In this document: piece by piece, positions 27,881 through 37,672 of the stretch
How the letters are laid out: every line of letters begins with the position of its first letter
Numbering within the stretch: position 1 is the stretch's first letter
NCBI GenBank assembly: GCA_038251535.1
Contig: JBBSBF010000004.1
Coordinates: 1 to 57,849, forward strand
Direction of reading: 5' to 3'
From: Minisyncoccia bacterium
GTDB taxonomy: Bacteria; Patescibacteriota; Minisyncoccia; Phycocordibacterales; UBA9973
DNA length: 57,849 nucleotides
Notes under the pieces: model-generated
The model's input: the letters and a program-made list of their open reading frames with translations, nothing else
What the model was told of the DNA's origin: nothing
Database searches by the model: none
Translations under genes and position numbers: made by a program

Positions 27881-29269
27881 ATGTCACTACATCTATACAA
27901 TACAAAATCTCGATCGGTTGAAGAATTTACACCGCTTCATAACAACACTGTGACGATGTACGCCTGTGGTCCCACTGTCTATGATTTCACCCATATCGGA
28001 CATATACGCAAATACATCAACGACGACATATTGAAAAGAACGCTTTTGATGCTCGGTTACGATGTTACCCATGTTATGAACATTACCGATGTTGGTCACC
28101 TTACCGGAGACACCGACGAAAGTGGCGAAGATAAGCTGGAAAAAGGAGCGAAACGTGAAAACCGCTCAGTATGGGAAATCGCAAGCTTTTATAGTGACTA
28201 TTTTCATCAAACGATGCGCGCAGTCAATGTGCTCCCCCCAACACACGAACCAAAGGCAACTGACCATGTACCGACCATGGTTGCCCTCATCGAGAAACTT
28301 TTGGAAAATGGCTTTGCGTATGAGACACCACATGCTATTTATTTTGACACAACAAAAGATCCCTCATACGGAATGCTTTCAGGTCAAAAACTTTCTGAAA
28401 AAGAAGTTGCGGTGCGTGATGACGTCGTCATAGATCCGGATAAGCGACATCCAGCGGACTTTTCGCTTTGGTTCAAACGAGTTGGGAAATTTGCCGATCA
28501 TGTCATGTACTGGGACTCTCCTAAAGGTATACAGGGGGATGGGTTCCCTGGATGGCACATCGAGTGCTCTGCAATGAGCATGGAATATCTCGGAGAGACT
28601 ATGGACATCCATACGGGAGGTATCGATCACATACCCGTTCATCACGAAAACGAGATCGCGCAGAGCGAATGCGCTACCGGAAAAGAATTTGCTCGCTTCT
28701 GGGTTCATTATGAATTCTTGACCGTGAACGGTGTAAAAATGTCTAAAAGTTTGCAAAATTTTTATACACTCGACGATATCGCCGTGCGTCAGATTGACCC
28801 TCTCGCAATGCGAATGCTCGTGATGCAAACGCACTATCGCAAGTCGATCAACTTCACCTGGGAGAGTCTCAAGTCTGCAAATCTTCTCGTCAAAAAGCTG
28901 CAACGATTTGCATCGCACCAGAGTACTGTTGGTACAGCGGTATCCTCGTATATCACGTCATTTACGGATGCGCTCTGTGAAGATCTCAACACTGCCCGAG
29001 CACTGGCCGTACTGTGGGAGCTATATAACGATACCGATATATCTGATAGAGACAAATGGACAACAATGCTCGCATTTGATGAAGTGCTTGGATTTGATCT
29101 AAAAGCAGTAACGTCGTTTATTATTTCTCCTGAAGCGACCGCACTATTGGAAGAACGTTCGATCGCCCGCAAAAACAAAGATTTTGCAACCTCTGATCGA
29201 TTGCGAGTATCACTCGAAGGATTGGGTTACGAAGTCCTCGACACCGCCGAAGGTACTACGCTATATTGA
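27881..29269 (+). CDS. cysS: Cysteine--tRNA ligase
   Basis: [37 protein letters not shown]. Confidence 0.97.
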   Translation: MSLHLYNTKSRSVEEFTPLHNNTVTMYACGPTVYDFTHIGHIRKYINDDILKRTLLMLGYDVTHVMNITDVGHLTGDTDESGEDKLEKGAKRENRSVWEIASFYSDYFHQTMRAVNVLPPTHEPKATDHVPTMVALIEKLLENGFAYETPHAIYFDTTKDPSYGMLSGQKLSEKEVAVRDDVVIDPDKRHPADFSLWFKRVGKFADHVMYWDSPKGIQGDGFPGWHIECSAMSMEYLGETMDIHTGGIDHIPVHHENEIAQSECATGKEFARFWVHYEFLTVNGVKMSKSLQNFYTLDDIAVRQIDPLAMRMLVMQTHYRKSINFTWESLKSANLLVKKLQRFASHQSTVGTAVSSYITSFTDALCEDLNTARALAVLWELYNDTDISDRDKWTTMLAFDEVLGFDLKAVTSFIISPEATALLEERSIARKNKDFATSDRLRVSLEGLGYEVLDTAEGTTLY

Positions 29270-30166
29270 TACCTCCTTGGTACCGATTGCAGGCAACAAT
29301 ACGGTGAACGCTGAACCTTTGTTTATCCCAGCTGATTCAACGAGAACAGTGCCCTTGTGCGCAAGAACAATTTGTTTGGCGAGATAGAGACCCAATCCAG
29401 AACCTCCAGTATTTACTTTCGCACCTTCTCCACGACTAAACTTTTCAAACAGTTTAGATTTTGTTTCAGTAGATATGCCAATACCGTTGTCGATGACACG
29501 AAAAACAACAGCCGTCCCTTCCCGAACGAGAGAAATTTCAACCTTGCCACCCTTTTGAGTGTACTTTATGCTGTTGTCAGTCAAGTTCAAAAATACCTGC
29601 TTTATCTTGGTTGCATCTGCCTGCACCATAAAATTATCATACGGAGATACATTTTTTGTAAACGATATACCTTTTGTTTGTGCAGGAATTTGCATTTCAT
29701 CAAACAGTCCTGAAACGATAGTCGATAGGTCAGTTGCTTGGAATTCATATTTCATACCTCCCTGCTCAATTTTTGAAACGTTCAATAGATCCTCGACGAT
29801 ATTGATCAACCCTTGGGCCGAGTTGTAGATGCGCTTGACTGATTCGTCGACTTTGTTATCAAGTGTGCCATATGACCCTTCGAGTAACATCGATGAGTAC
29901 CCTTTGATTGCCGTGAGTGGGCTTCTGAGCTGGTGAGATGCGAGGGACAAAAACTCGGTCTTTAGTTGATCCAGACTTTTCAGTTTGTCATTAGCAATTT
30001 CGAGGTTAAGGTTGGTCTCTTCAAGACGCAGCCTGAGTTCCGACAATTTTTTGTTTAGTTTTACCACCTCCAAATTTTGTTTGTAGAGTTCTTCTGTCGC
30101 TTTTTGAAATTCTTCAACAGGAACTTCGTTTAGATTATTTGGTTTGCTCTTTTTCGTAAAAAACAT
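29261..30166 (-). CDS. Soluble histidine kinase (coiled coil + HisKA + HATPase), no TM sensor
   Basis: ASHQLRSPL H-box, NLTDNSIKY N-box, DNGIG, GSGLGL. Confidence 0.93.
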   Translation of the reverse strand: MFFTKKSKPNNLNEVPVEEFQKATEELYKQNLEVVKLNKKLSELRLRLEETNLNLEIANDKLKSLDQLKTEFLSLASHQLRSPLTAIKGYSSMLLEGSYGTLDNKVDESVKRIYNSAQGLINIVEDLLNVSKIEQGGMKYEFQATDLSTIVSGLFDEMQIPAQTKGISFTKNVSPYDNFMVQADATKIKQVFLNLTDNSIKYTQKGGKVEISLVREGTAVVFRVIDNGIGISTETKSKLFEKFSRGEGAKVNTGGSGLGLYLAKQIVLAHKGTVLVESAGINKGSAFTVLLPAIGTKEVSI

Positions 30167-30167
30167 A

Positions 30168-30473
30168 TCACACGAGACTCGATGGGACCTGATCAGCAGG
30201 TAGATTCTTCACCAAATCTTTCGCAGCTTCTTTGCAAACTTCATGCGAGGCTCTTCCAAATAAACGTTCATACTGGGCAACCAGTTGATTGATGGTTGTT
30301 TTTGGATCGCCGCTAAAAGAGACAATTCCTTGTTTACTATCAGTAATATTTAACCCGCTTACCTTACCTGCTTCCACCCATGCGACTGGCCCAATAATAA
30401 ATGCTTGTTCTCTGATTATTTGCAGGGAAATTTGATTGAAGATATTTGGAGTATTTTTTGTGATGTTATCCAT
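30168..30473 (-). CDS. Small helical protein between sensor and kinase
   Basis: 101 aa, IIREQAFIIGPVA...LVAQYERLFG; 1 nt from the kinase start and 5 nt from the sensor stop. Confidence 0.75.
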   Translation of the reverse strand: MDNITKNTPNIFNQISLQIIREQAFIIGPVAWVEAGKVSGLNITDSKQGIVSFSGDPKTTINQLVAQYERLFGRASHEVCKEAAKDLVKNLPADQVPSSLV

Positions 30474-30478
30474 AAAGG

Positions 30479-31342
30479 TTATTTTTCAACATCATTGCTT
30501 GGTAATATAAAATCCGCCGCTCCCATACTTATGGTAAACATCATGGTTAAGTATAGGAAATCAGATATATGGCCATTAAAATACGTACCATTAGTCGTGG
30601 TGAATAAGAAAATAAAATCCGCAATATAGTTGAGCAAAAATCCAAATAGTAAAATTATAATTGTTTTTTTATACCGACCACCCAAGTAATTGTATGAGAG
30701 AATATACACAAGCAGAGCAGAGAGAAGGATAACAATATCCCCTATTGGATAGAATAGATTTAAAATAAACTGTGGTATCGAAACGCCGACTTCAATTATC
30801 CCACCCTTTGCCAACACAAAAAGTAAATAGTATGACAATACAATACTAGCGAGTGCAGCGAGTGCAGCGACTATTTTTCGATTTACATTCTTAAGACCAT
30901 ATTTTGTCCCTGCAGCTACTGATAGCTTTATCATACTATATGTCCACAGAGGCCATATAGTTATATAAAATAGGTCAGCCAAAGAAGGGAATGGGACTTC
31001 GACCTTCGAAAAAAATAAGTAGTAGTTCCAGACGATCATTCCTCCCGCCCATCCCAGAAGTCCAAGCCCTAAAAAATTGAGCGCCTTTCCAATTGCACTA
31101 CCCCACCCACCCCATTGTTTAGCTTTGTAGAAGCACAATAGACAACCAAGGATTGGTAAAAGAGTCATTCCAATAAGAAAAGGGGTAAGGACAAGATGAT
31201 AGAGTGGTCCTTCATAAGAACCTAGATTTTTAGTATAGATAATAAACACAAACCAGAGAACAGCAGAAATAGTATATATTCCTACTATTAATTTTTTTAA
31301 CATATTGATTTTATGTTGCTCCTTATCCATTTTTTTTAGCAC
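30479..31342 (-). CDS. Stand-alone multi-TM membrane sensor-like protein
   Basis: About 7-8 TMs; PFPSLADLFY, LFYPIGD and IADF motifs resemble membrane domains usually fused to GGDEF/kinase domains. True start may be MDKEQ at 31330. Confidence 0.7.
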   Translation of the reverse strand: MLKKMDKEQHKINMLKKLIVGIYTISAVLWFVFIIYTKNLGSYEGPLYHLVLTPFLIGMTLLPILGCLLCFYKAKQWGGWGSAIGKALNFLGLGLLGWAGGMIVWNYYLFFSKVEVPFPSLADLFYITIWPLWTYSMIKLSVAAGTKYGLKNVNRKIVAALAALASIVLSYYLLFVLAKGGIIEVGVSIPQFILNLFYPIGDIVILLSALLVYILSYNYLGGRYKKTIIILLFGFLLNYIADFIFLFTTTNGTYFNGHISDFLYLTMMFTISMGAADFILPSNDVEK

Positions 31343-32090
31343 TTAAAACGAGTAAACTTTTAATACCGTCTTTTTCCCATTGGGGGGACGGTATAATTTT
31401 AACATCAATAGTTTCTTTTGGGAAACCGTGTTTTCCCAAAATTGTATAAAAATCTGCCTCATTTACGTTGGCACTTGGAAAGGTACGTTTTCCAACTTTA
31501 TATGATTTTGTGTCCCTTAGGGCAGAAATGATAAGCCACCCCCCTGGTTCAACTAAACCACAGAGGTTTTTCATAGCGGTTTTCCATTTCAATTTTGAAT
31601 GCGTAATAGAATCGATACAATAAAAAGAAGTGACTAGAGGAAATTGGGCTTTCGTTATACCTATTGGAAGAGTATCAAAAATATTGCAAGTTAGTAACTT
31701 TTTTATTTTATTTTTAAATGATTCAATTCTTTCATTAAAATCCTTGTCTGTCTTTAGACCTTCAATATTAAGGATATGACGTATCTGATCGTCCCAATTG
31801 TGGATAGTACTTCCTTCAGCAATCCATTTTTTGATTTCCTGCAAGTTTGCTGATACATAATCTGCCAGATACACATCTTCTACATATGGAACAAAAGGAA
31901 TTGCTCGATGAATAGTCGGACCGCAGCCTATATCAATCACACTTTTGAACATCCTATTTTGTTTTTTAAGAAACCTAGTAATAAATCTAAAAAGATGGAC
32001 TTCATCCGAAGGTAACCGTTCTAATAGATAATAGTGTTCTAGATAGTCAACTGGTTTCCATTTTTCAAATACATTAACCATACGATGCAA
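31323..32090 (-). CDS. NNMT/PNMT/TEMT family SAM-dependent N-methyltransferase
   Basis: DYLEHYY, IDIGCGPTIH, LADY...NLQEIKKW, NWD, LVEPGGWL, YKVG..TF. Confidence 0.88.
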   Translation of the reverse strand: MHRMVNVFEKWKPVDYLEHYYLLERLPSDEVHLFRFITRFLKKQNRMFKSVIDIGCGPTIHRAIPFVPYVEDVYLADYVSANLQEIKKWIAEGSTIHNWDDQIRHILNIEGLKTDKDFNERIESFKNKIKKLLTCNIFDTLPIGITKAQFPLVTSFYCIDSITHSKLKWKTAMKNLCGLVEPGGWLIISALRDTKSYKVGKRTFPSANVNEADFYTILGKHGFPKETIDVKIIPSPQWEKDGIKSLLVLSAKKNG

Positions 32091-32091
32091 T

Positions 32092-32775
32092 TTACTTCTT
32101 CACAATCGGCGCAACAATAGTATTGTGTTTCCAATATAGGCAATCTTTTGGAGGTTTTACCTTGCAGACTTTGAAGGAAATATTTTTAAAACCGGCTTTT
32201 TTAAGCTCAGCTATATGTTTCTTTGAAAGCTTTATCGCTTCATCAGAAAAATAAGTAAAAATACCGTCGTCCTTCAACAATCTGGACGCCTCTTTAAAGA
32301 AAGGAAAAAATTGAAAAAATTCAACTTCTTTATCTAATGGACAAGAATCGAACAGAATTCCATCGAACGATTTGTTCGGAATTTTTTTTGTGGTATTTTC
32401 CCAAAAACCCTCCAATATTATGAATTTCTTAGATTTGATTTGTTTTAAAAATTTTTTCTTTGCATTGTCAATCATCATAGGATGACACTCTGCGACGGTA
32501 TGATTTTTTATTTTTTTTGAATCTTCTATAAAACCAGCCGAGATACCCATTCCAAATCCAACCTCAAGTATATTTCCACCTTGTGAAGTCGCAATTTTTG
32601 CCAACTCTTTCATATAAGTGGTTTCCCAAGACTGCATAATTTGATTAACGATCTCTTTCTTTCCCTTTTTAACCACCATCACTAGTTCTTGTTTATTTAA
32701 AGTTGGAATTGTTTCCAAATACTTTTCTTTTGTTTTTTTTGTGTATAAACCTGGTTTTTGCATAAAAGGGATCAA
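32092..32775 (-). CDS. Guanidinoacetate N-methyltransferase (GAMT/RMT2)-like methyltransferase
   Basis: IMQSWETTYM..LA...SQGGNILEVGFGMGISA, EC, GFWE, FDGILFDS.PL, RLLK..G.FTY parallel GAMT motifs. Confidence 0.88.
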   Translation of the reverse strand: MIPFMQKPGLYTKKTKEKYLETIPTLNKQELVMVVKKGKKEIVNQIMQSWETTYMKELAKIATSQGGNILEVGFGMGISAGFIEDSKKIKNHTVAECHPMMIDNAKKKFLKQIKSKKFIILEGFWENTTKKIPNKSFDGILFDSCPLDKEVEFFQFFPFFKEASRLLKDDGIFTYFSDEAIKLSKKHIAELKKAGFKNISFKVCKVKPPKDCLYWKHNTIVAPIVKK

Positions 32776-32840
32776 TCTGAACTTTTTTAATATTTATATG
32801 CTATTATAGTAGCGTAAGTTACTAAAAAAAACTAATATTT

Positions 32841-33182
32841 GTGAATACCTATTTTGTACTGTTTGTAGTGGTAAGCCTAAGTGCTGTAACAGTCTTAGGA
32901 GATTACCTGATAAAGCTTTCTGGAAGTACTTCCAATAAATATATCGACTGGAAGTTATTTGTGATTGGACTTTGTACATATCTTATCACTTCTATAGGTT
33001 GGTTTTTTATTATGAAGCATATGAAACTATCAACCATAGGTGTAGTCTACGGTATAGCGACCGCTCTGTTTTTAGTAACAATCGGTGTTTTAAAGTTTAA
33101 AGAGACATTAAATGTATATGAAATTACGGGTATTTGTTTGGGCGTAATCGCACTAATCCTTTTGAGTAGATTTGCTGGATAA
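32841..33182 (+). CDS. SMR/DMT-family small 4-TM transporter
   Basis: 113 aa, four hydrophobic helices, LSTIG.VY and GVL.FKE.L motifs. Confidence 0.82.
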   Translation: MNTYFVLFVVVSLSAVTVLGDYLIKLSGSTSNKYIDWKLFVIGLCTYLITSIGWFFIMKHMKLSTIGVVYGIATALFLVTIGVLKFKETLNVYEITGICLGVIALILLSRFAG

Positions 33183-33191
33183 TATTATTCT

Positions 33192-33383
33192 CTAAGTTTC
33201 AAAAGCGTAAATAGTTGTGTCTCGTGAGATGCTTTGTTGAAAAAAAATTAAATAGATACTTGAAAATATAACCAGCGCTCCGATCGGATGACCTATTTTT
33301 TTGTTTTTTTCAACCAGATAACTGTCGGCTATATTTACCAACGACCATAAAATAACAGAAATCGAGCTGTACAGTACCCACAT
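33192..33383 (-). pseudogene. Truncated EamA/DMT transporter fragment
   Basis: MWVLYS...LWSLVNIADSYLV is an EamA-like N-terminus but the ORF ends after 63 aa. Confidence 0.55.
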
Positions 33384-33449
33384 ACAGTTATTATATCATA
33401 ACTATTTACATAGTGCCTGTTATGTGTAATAGTAAGGAAAATATCAACT

Positions 33450-33914
33450 ATGTACATATACGCTATATATATAATGCCTGAGTGGATTCGAATATTCGAA
33501 GCTATAATTGCTTGTATTTGTTATTTATTAATTTGCTGGATTATAATAGAATATAAAAATCAATCAGAAAAATCTATTATCAAAAATTCAAAAAAAATTA
33601 GTTTTATTTCAATTAAAAAAACACTTGATAAGTTACCAAAAATTCCCGTATTACATAAACAAGTAACACAGCGAAATTTTGGTCAAGAACTTTTGACTCT
33701 TTTGTCCAATACAAATATCAGCGCTCTTCCTCGACATCAACAAATCGTCGAAGTTAAGGTGATAATTAAAGCTTATTTAGCTTCAATAGATGATAAGGAC
33801 AAATATTTTTCAAATGTGATAGATTTGACTGAAATTGTTGTCCAAATGGATCATTTCTATAAATTTAATTATAACGGACAACTTAAAAAATGGAGTTACG
33901 AAATAAGAATTTAA
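33450..33914 (+). CDS. Hypothetical single-TM protein (AT-rich)
   Basis: ORF with N-terminal TM and a terminator-like hairpin after the stop; start uncertain. Confidence 0.6.
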   Translation: MYIYAIYIMPEWIRIFEAIIACICYLLICWIIIEYKNQSEKSIIKNSKKISFISIKKTLDKLPKIPVLHKQVTQRNFGQELLTLLSNTNISALPRHQQIVEVKVIIKAYLASIDDKDKYFSNVIDLTEIVVQMDHFYKFNYNGQLKKWSYEIRI

Positions 33915-33938
33915 ACTTTCACACCAGTGGAGGTTTTT

Positions 33939-35414
33939 TTATTCCCTTGGTTTCAATAGGGGGAATAGTTGTGTCTCACGGATTGGTTTGTCTACCATGA
34001 ACGCAAAGAGTCGTTCGCCAAATCCAAATCCACACGTCGGCGGCATGCCGTGTTCGAGCATTTCGACAAACTCCCATTCAGGCATCATCGCCTCATCATC
34101 TCCTCGTTCGATCAACTGTTGTTGTAGTTCAAAACGATTTCGCTGTTCGACTGGGTCGTTGAGCTCCGAAAATCCATTTCCTACTTCACTACCTGCAAGG
34201 AGTACTTGAAACCGCTCGGTAAGTCGAGGATCGTCATCACATGATTTCGCAAGCGGTGAGACAAGCTTTGGAATGCGGACAAGAAACGCTGGTCCTGAGA
34301 TAGTTTTGCGACAGTACTTCCATAGTGTGTCAGTGAGGCGCTCTTTGTTTGTTCCATCATATTTCACACCAAGTTCATCTAGTTTTGCAGTCATCGCTTC
34401 AGCAGTTGCGTCAAGGACATTGATGCCAGTTTGTTTTTGGATCTCTTCAACATAGTCGATCGTATCCCATTTTTTTGAGAGATCGATGATGTGGCCTCGA
34501 GTAGTAAAGACACCCGTGCCAAACACTTCTTGTGCAATAGTTCTATAGAGTCGTTCGACGAGCTTCATACCATCGTGATAGTTGGCGTACGCCCAATAAA
34601 ACTCCATGTTGGTAAACTCTTGAAGGTGGTCAGGGCTCGATCCTTCGTTTCTATACACGCGGCCGATCTCAAATGTCTTGGGAAATCCTGCTGCCATCAG
34701 TCGCTTTTGCCATAACTCCCCTACTGAAATACGTAGAAAGACATCGAGCGCAAAATCTTTATGCATTGTCTTGAATGGATTGGCCTCTGCACCTCCGGTC
34801 GTTACTTCGAGTGTGGGTGTTTCGACTTCCATAAATCCGCTCTCTTTGAGGAAGTTGCGGGTGACTTCCCAAAACTTTGCTTTCTTTTCAAACATCTCTC
34901 TTAATTCAGGATTGGTGAGGATATCGAGATATCGTTTGCGATACCGTTCGTCATCGTCAGTGAGGCCGTGCCATTTTTCAGGAAGCGGTAATAGAGATTT
35001 GGTAAGCATGTTCCAAGCAGACACAAAGAGTGCTTGTTCACCACGCTTCGTTGTGTACGCAATCCCTGTCGCTTCGACAAAGTCTCCAATATCAGTCGTC
35101 TCGTTCCAGAGAGCATAAGCATCGGCGTCCATTTCATCGCTTTTCAAAAACAGCTGCATCGTGCTGTCAGACCCGTTGGCACCACTTCCATCAAATATGT
35201 CTGCAAACGCAAGTCCGCCTTGTCCGCGTTTACTCATGATCCGCCCTGCGAGCGTGATCGAGTCTTTGCCTGTCTCATAGAGTGTAAATCTGTCTTTAAA
35301 GACTTCGATCGTGTCAGTGCGCTTTGTCTCTGCGGGATAAGGGTTGATACCTTTCTCTTCCAACAGAGCTTTCTTTTTCAGCCGTTCGTCGCGGAGTTCT
35401 GTAATGGATGCCAT
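33939..35414 (-). CDS. lysS: Lysine--tRNA ligase (class II)
   Basis: LPLPEKWHGL, RYRKRYLD, GGAEANPF, YRNEG, GMPPT.G.G.G. Confidence 0.97.
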   Translation of the reverse strand: MASITELRDERLKKKALLEEKGINPYPAETKRTDTIEVFKDRFTLYETGKDSITLAGRIMSKRGQGGLAFADIFDGSGANGSDSTMQLFLKSDEMDADAYALWNETTDIGDFVEATGIAYTTKRGEQALFVSAWNMLTKSLLPLPEKWHGLTDDDERYRKRYLDILTNPELREMFEKKAKFWEVTRNFLKESGFMEVETPTLEVTTGGAEANPFKTMHKDFALDVFLRISVGELWQKRLMAAGFPKTFEIGRVYRNEGSSPDHLQEFTNMEFYWAYANYHDGMKLVERLYRTIAQEVFGTGVFTTRGHIIDLSKKWDTIDYVEEIQKQTGINVLDATAEAMTAKLDELGVKYDGTNKERLTDTLWKYCRKTISGPAFLVRIPKLVSPLAKSCDDDPRLTERFQVLLAGSEVGNGFSELNDPVEQRNRFELQQQLIERGDDEAMMPEWEFVEMLEHGMPPTCGFGFGERLFAFMVDKPIRETQLFPLLKPRE

Positions 35415-35502
35415 AATAGTTTAGTATACCTAATTTGTCTGACTTTTACAGTAGGTTGACTCAATATGTAACCAGTGTCACAATCCTAAAAAAGCTCCCA
35501 AT

Positions 35503-35838
35503 ATGAAAAAAATATTCCTGTTTACAATGATACTGTTTCTTGTATCATGCCTTGGTAACCGTATGTTTGTGGTGCGACATGATATCCTCGCATTTCGTTT
35601 ACCGCTCAAAAATCTCGATACAGATTTTTATTGGATATTGCCGGACACCTCAAAGATGCGTGTTTTTGAAAGCAATATAAAAATAGATCGCACTGATTCA
35701 ACATTGAGATTTCAGCAATTCACGCTCCAGCCAAAAGCGGTCGGGAAAATACATCTTTGGTTCTACCACATTCGTCTCATGCATCCGGGTTTTATGATCG
35801 TTGATACGTGGGATCAAAAATTTATTGTACGAGAATAA
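35503..35838 (+). CDS. Hypothetical lipoprotein
   Basis: MKK + hydrophobic stretch + LVSC lipobox; own promoter and terminator (AAAACTACC-TCAT-GGTAGTTTT). Confidence 0.6.
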   Translation: MKKIFLFTMILFLVSCLGNRMFVVRHDILAFRLPLKNLDTDFYWILPDTSKMRVFESNIKIDRTDSTLRFQQFTLQPKAVGKIHLWFYHIRLMHPGFMIVDTWDQKFIVRE

Positions 35839-35872
35839 CTGCAATCAAAACTACCTCATGGTAGTTTTTTAT

Positions 35873-36946
35873 TTATATCCCTTCCTTCTTCAATTCCTCA
35901 ATCACTTCTTTTGCTTTCTTTGAGAGTTTGTCTGGAAGGGTGATGTTAAGCTTGATGATGAAGTTACCACGCTTGGCACCACTTGTTGGGACTCCATGAT
36001 TTTTGAGTGTAATCGTATCTCCAACTCGCGTCCCCGCAGGAATCGTGATCGGGATTGAACCATCGAGTGTTTCTATCGCATACTGCGCACCGAGGAGCGC
36101 ATCAGTGAGCTTGATCGGAAGCGCAGTGACGAGGTCGTAGTTGGATCGAGCGATGGTCTTGTGTGGGGTCACAGAGACGTGTACGTACAGATCTCCCGAT
36201 GTGCCGCCTTGCATCGCCTCCCCCATACCGCCAAGTCGGAGTGTTTCGCCATTTTGAATACCTGAGGGAATGGTGAGTTTGATGGTGCGACTTTCATTAA
36301 CGACACCTTTGCCGTGACATGTTGCACAAGGGTCTTTGGGGATCTGACCAGTGCCGTGACATTTGTCACAGACTTGATTGGTCGCGATTGACCCAAGGAT
36401 TGTGCGCTGGATGTTACGGACTTGTCCCTTGCCATTACAAGTAGTACACGTCTCAAGAGTAGTACCTGGTTTCGCACCATTGCCTTTGCATGTTGTGCAT
36501 GTTGAAGGTTTCTTGATGTGAATCTCACGTTCGATACCAAATATCGCATCTTTAAAATCTATGGTGATATTGGTCTGGAGATCGTTACCACGTTTTTGTC
36601 TCTGGCGACGTCCACCAAATATGTCTCCAAACATATCCCCGAGGTCAAATTCAAATCCACCTTGACCCTGAGAAAACCCAGAAAAATCAAATCCACCGAA
36701 ATCCTGAGCACCGCCACCGTATCCCCCACTCATTTGTGGTCCAGCTTGTCCAAACTGATCGTACTGTGATCGCTTTTGATCATCAGAAAGTACCTGATAG
36801 GCTTCATTTACTTCCTTAAACTTTGCCTCGTCCCCAGTAGATTTGTCAGGATGGTATTTATGCGCCATCTTGTGGAAGGCTTTTTTGATATCTTCTTTTG
36901 AAGCGCTCTTTTGAACGCCCAATGTCTCGTAATAGTCTTTTGCCAT
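35873..36946 (-). CDS. dnaJ: Chaperone DnaJ
   Basis: J domain HPD, G/F region, four CxxCxGxG repeats. Confidence 0.97.
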   Translation of the reverse strand: MAKDYYETLGVQKSASKEDIKKAFHKMAHKYHPDKSTGDEAKFKEVNEAYQVLSDDQKRSQYDQFGQAGPQMSGGYGGGAQDFGGFDFSGFSQGQGGFEFDLGDMFGDIFGGRRQRQKRGNDLQTNITIDFKDAIFGIEREIHIKKPSTCTTCKGNGAKPGTTLETCTTCNGKGQVRNIQRTILGSIATNQVCDKCHGTGQIPKDPCATCHGKGVVNESRTIKLTIPSGIQNGETLRLGGMGEAMQGGTSGDLYVHVSVTPHKTIARSNYDLVTALPIKLTDALLGAQYAIETLDGSIPITIPAGTRVGDTITLKNHGVPTSGAKRGNFIIKLNITLPDKLSKKAKEVIEELKKEGI

Positions 36947-36979
36947 GTAAAGATTTTAACATACTTGTCCCCATAAAGA

Positions 36980-37004
36980 AATATAGACCTCGAAGGTCTA
37001 TATT
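36980..37004. repeat. REP-like palindrome (left)
   Basis: AATATAGACCT-CGA-AGGTCTATATT, perfect 11-bp stem. Confidence 0.85.
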
Positions 37005-37650
37005 ATTCTAAGCAAATTTTACTAAGGTCTTTTTGGTGTTTTTTTCGCTCAAGGATATCCATGAGTGTTGATTCAATAAAATTATTGTACTTTGCAATAG
37101 TAGAAAACTGATCCAATATTATCGCCTTTTCACACAGAGGGTTACTCGTTGTATTTGTGATGTATTCACCAACACTAGAAAAAGAAACTTTGTCAAACCA
37201 TGAAGGATTGAGACCACGGTGCGCTCGGTCATTGACCGATACGTATGCATGTACGTGCAACAGTTGTTCATTTGTCTCGATGAGGACTCTTTTATATTTG
37301 CCTTGAAATAATGCACCTGATCGAGAATATTTTTCGTTAAAATACTTTGTATATCCCGCACAAAGTCGTTGCATATAAAGAGATCCCCCTTTTTCGGTAA
37401 GTGGCCTAAGTATTAAGTGAAAATGATTTTTGTTCAAACAATAAGAAACAATGCTGACAATTGGGTGTCTGGCTAGATTAGACTCTTTACGTTTTTTGAG
37501 AGAAGCCATATATATACCTCCGACTGGCACTGTAGTATTGAACTCTCGCATACTCATGAGGAATCTCCGCAAATCCTGCTCATCTTCGAAAATACTTCTT
37601 TTGTCGACACCTCGGTTATAAATATGAAAATACTCACCTTCTGCTATCAT
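37003..37650 (-). CDS. REP-associated tyrosine transposase (IS200/IS605 TnpA superfamily)
   Basis: YFHIYNRG..K..IF, YCL..NHFHL (HUH), YFN.KY.RSG.LFQG.Y; start MIAEG assumed (alternative 37674). Confidence 0.9.
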   Translation of the reverse strand: MIAEGEYFHIYNRGVDKRSIFEDEQDLRRFLMSMREFNTTVPVGGIYMASLKKRKESNLARHPIVSIVSYCLNKNHFHLILRPLTEKGGSLYMQRLCAGYTKYFNEKYSRSGALFQGKYKRVLIETNEQLLHVHAYVSVNDRAHRGLNPSWFDKVSFSSVGEYITNTTSNPLCEKAIILDQFSTIAKYNNFIESTLMDILERKKHQKDLSKICLE

Positions 37651-37672
37651 TTCACTAGTATACATCCATCTC

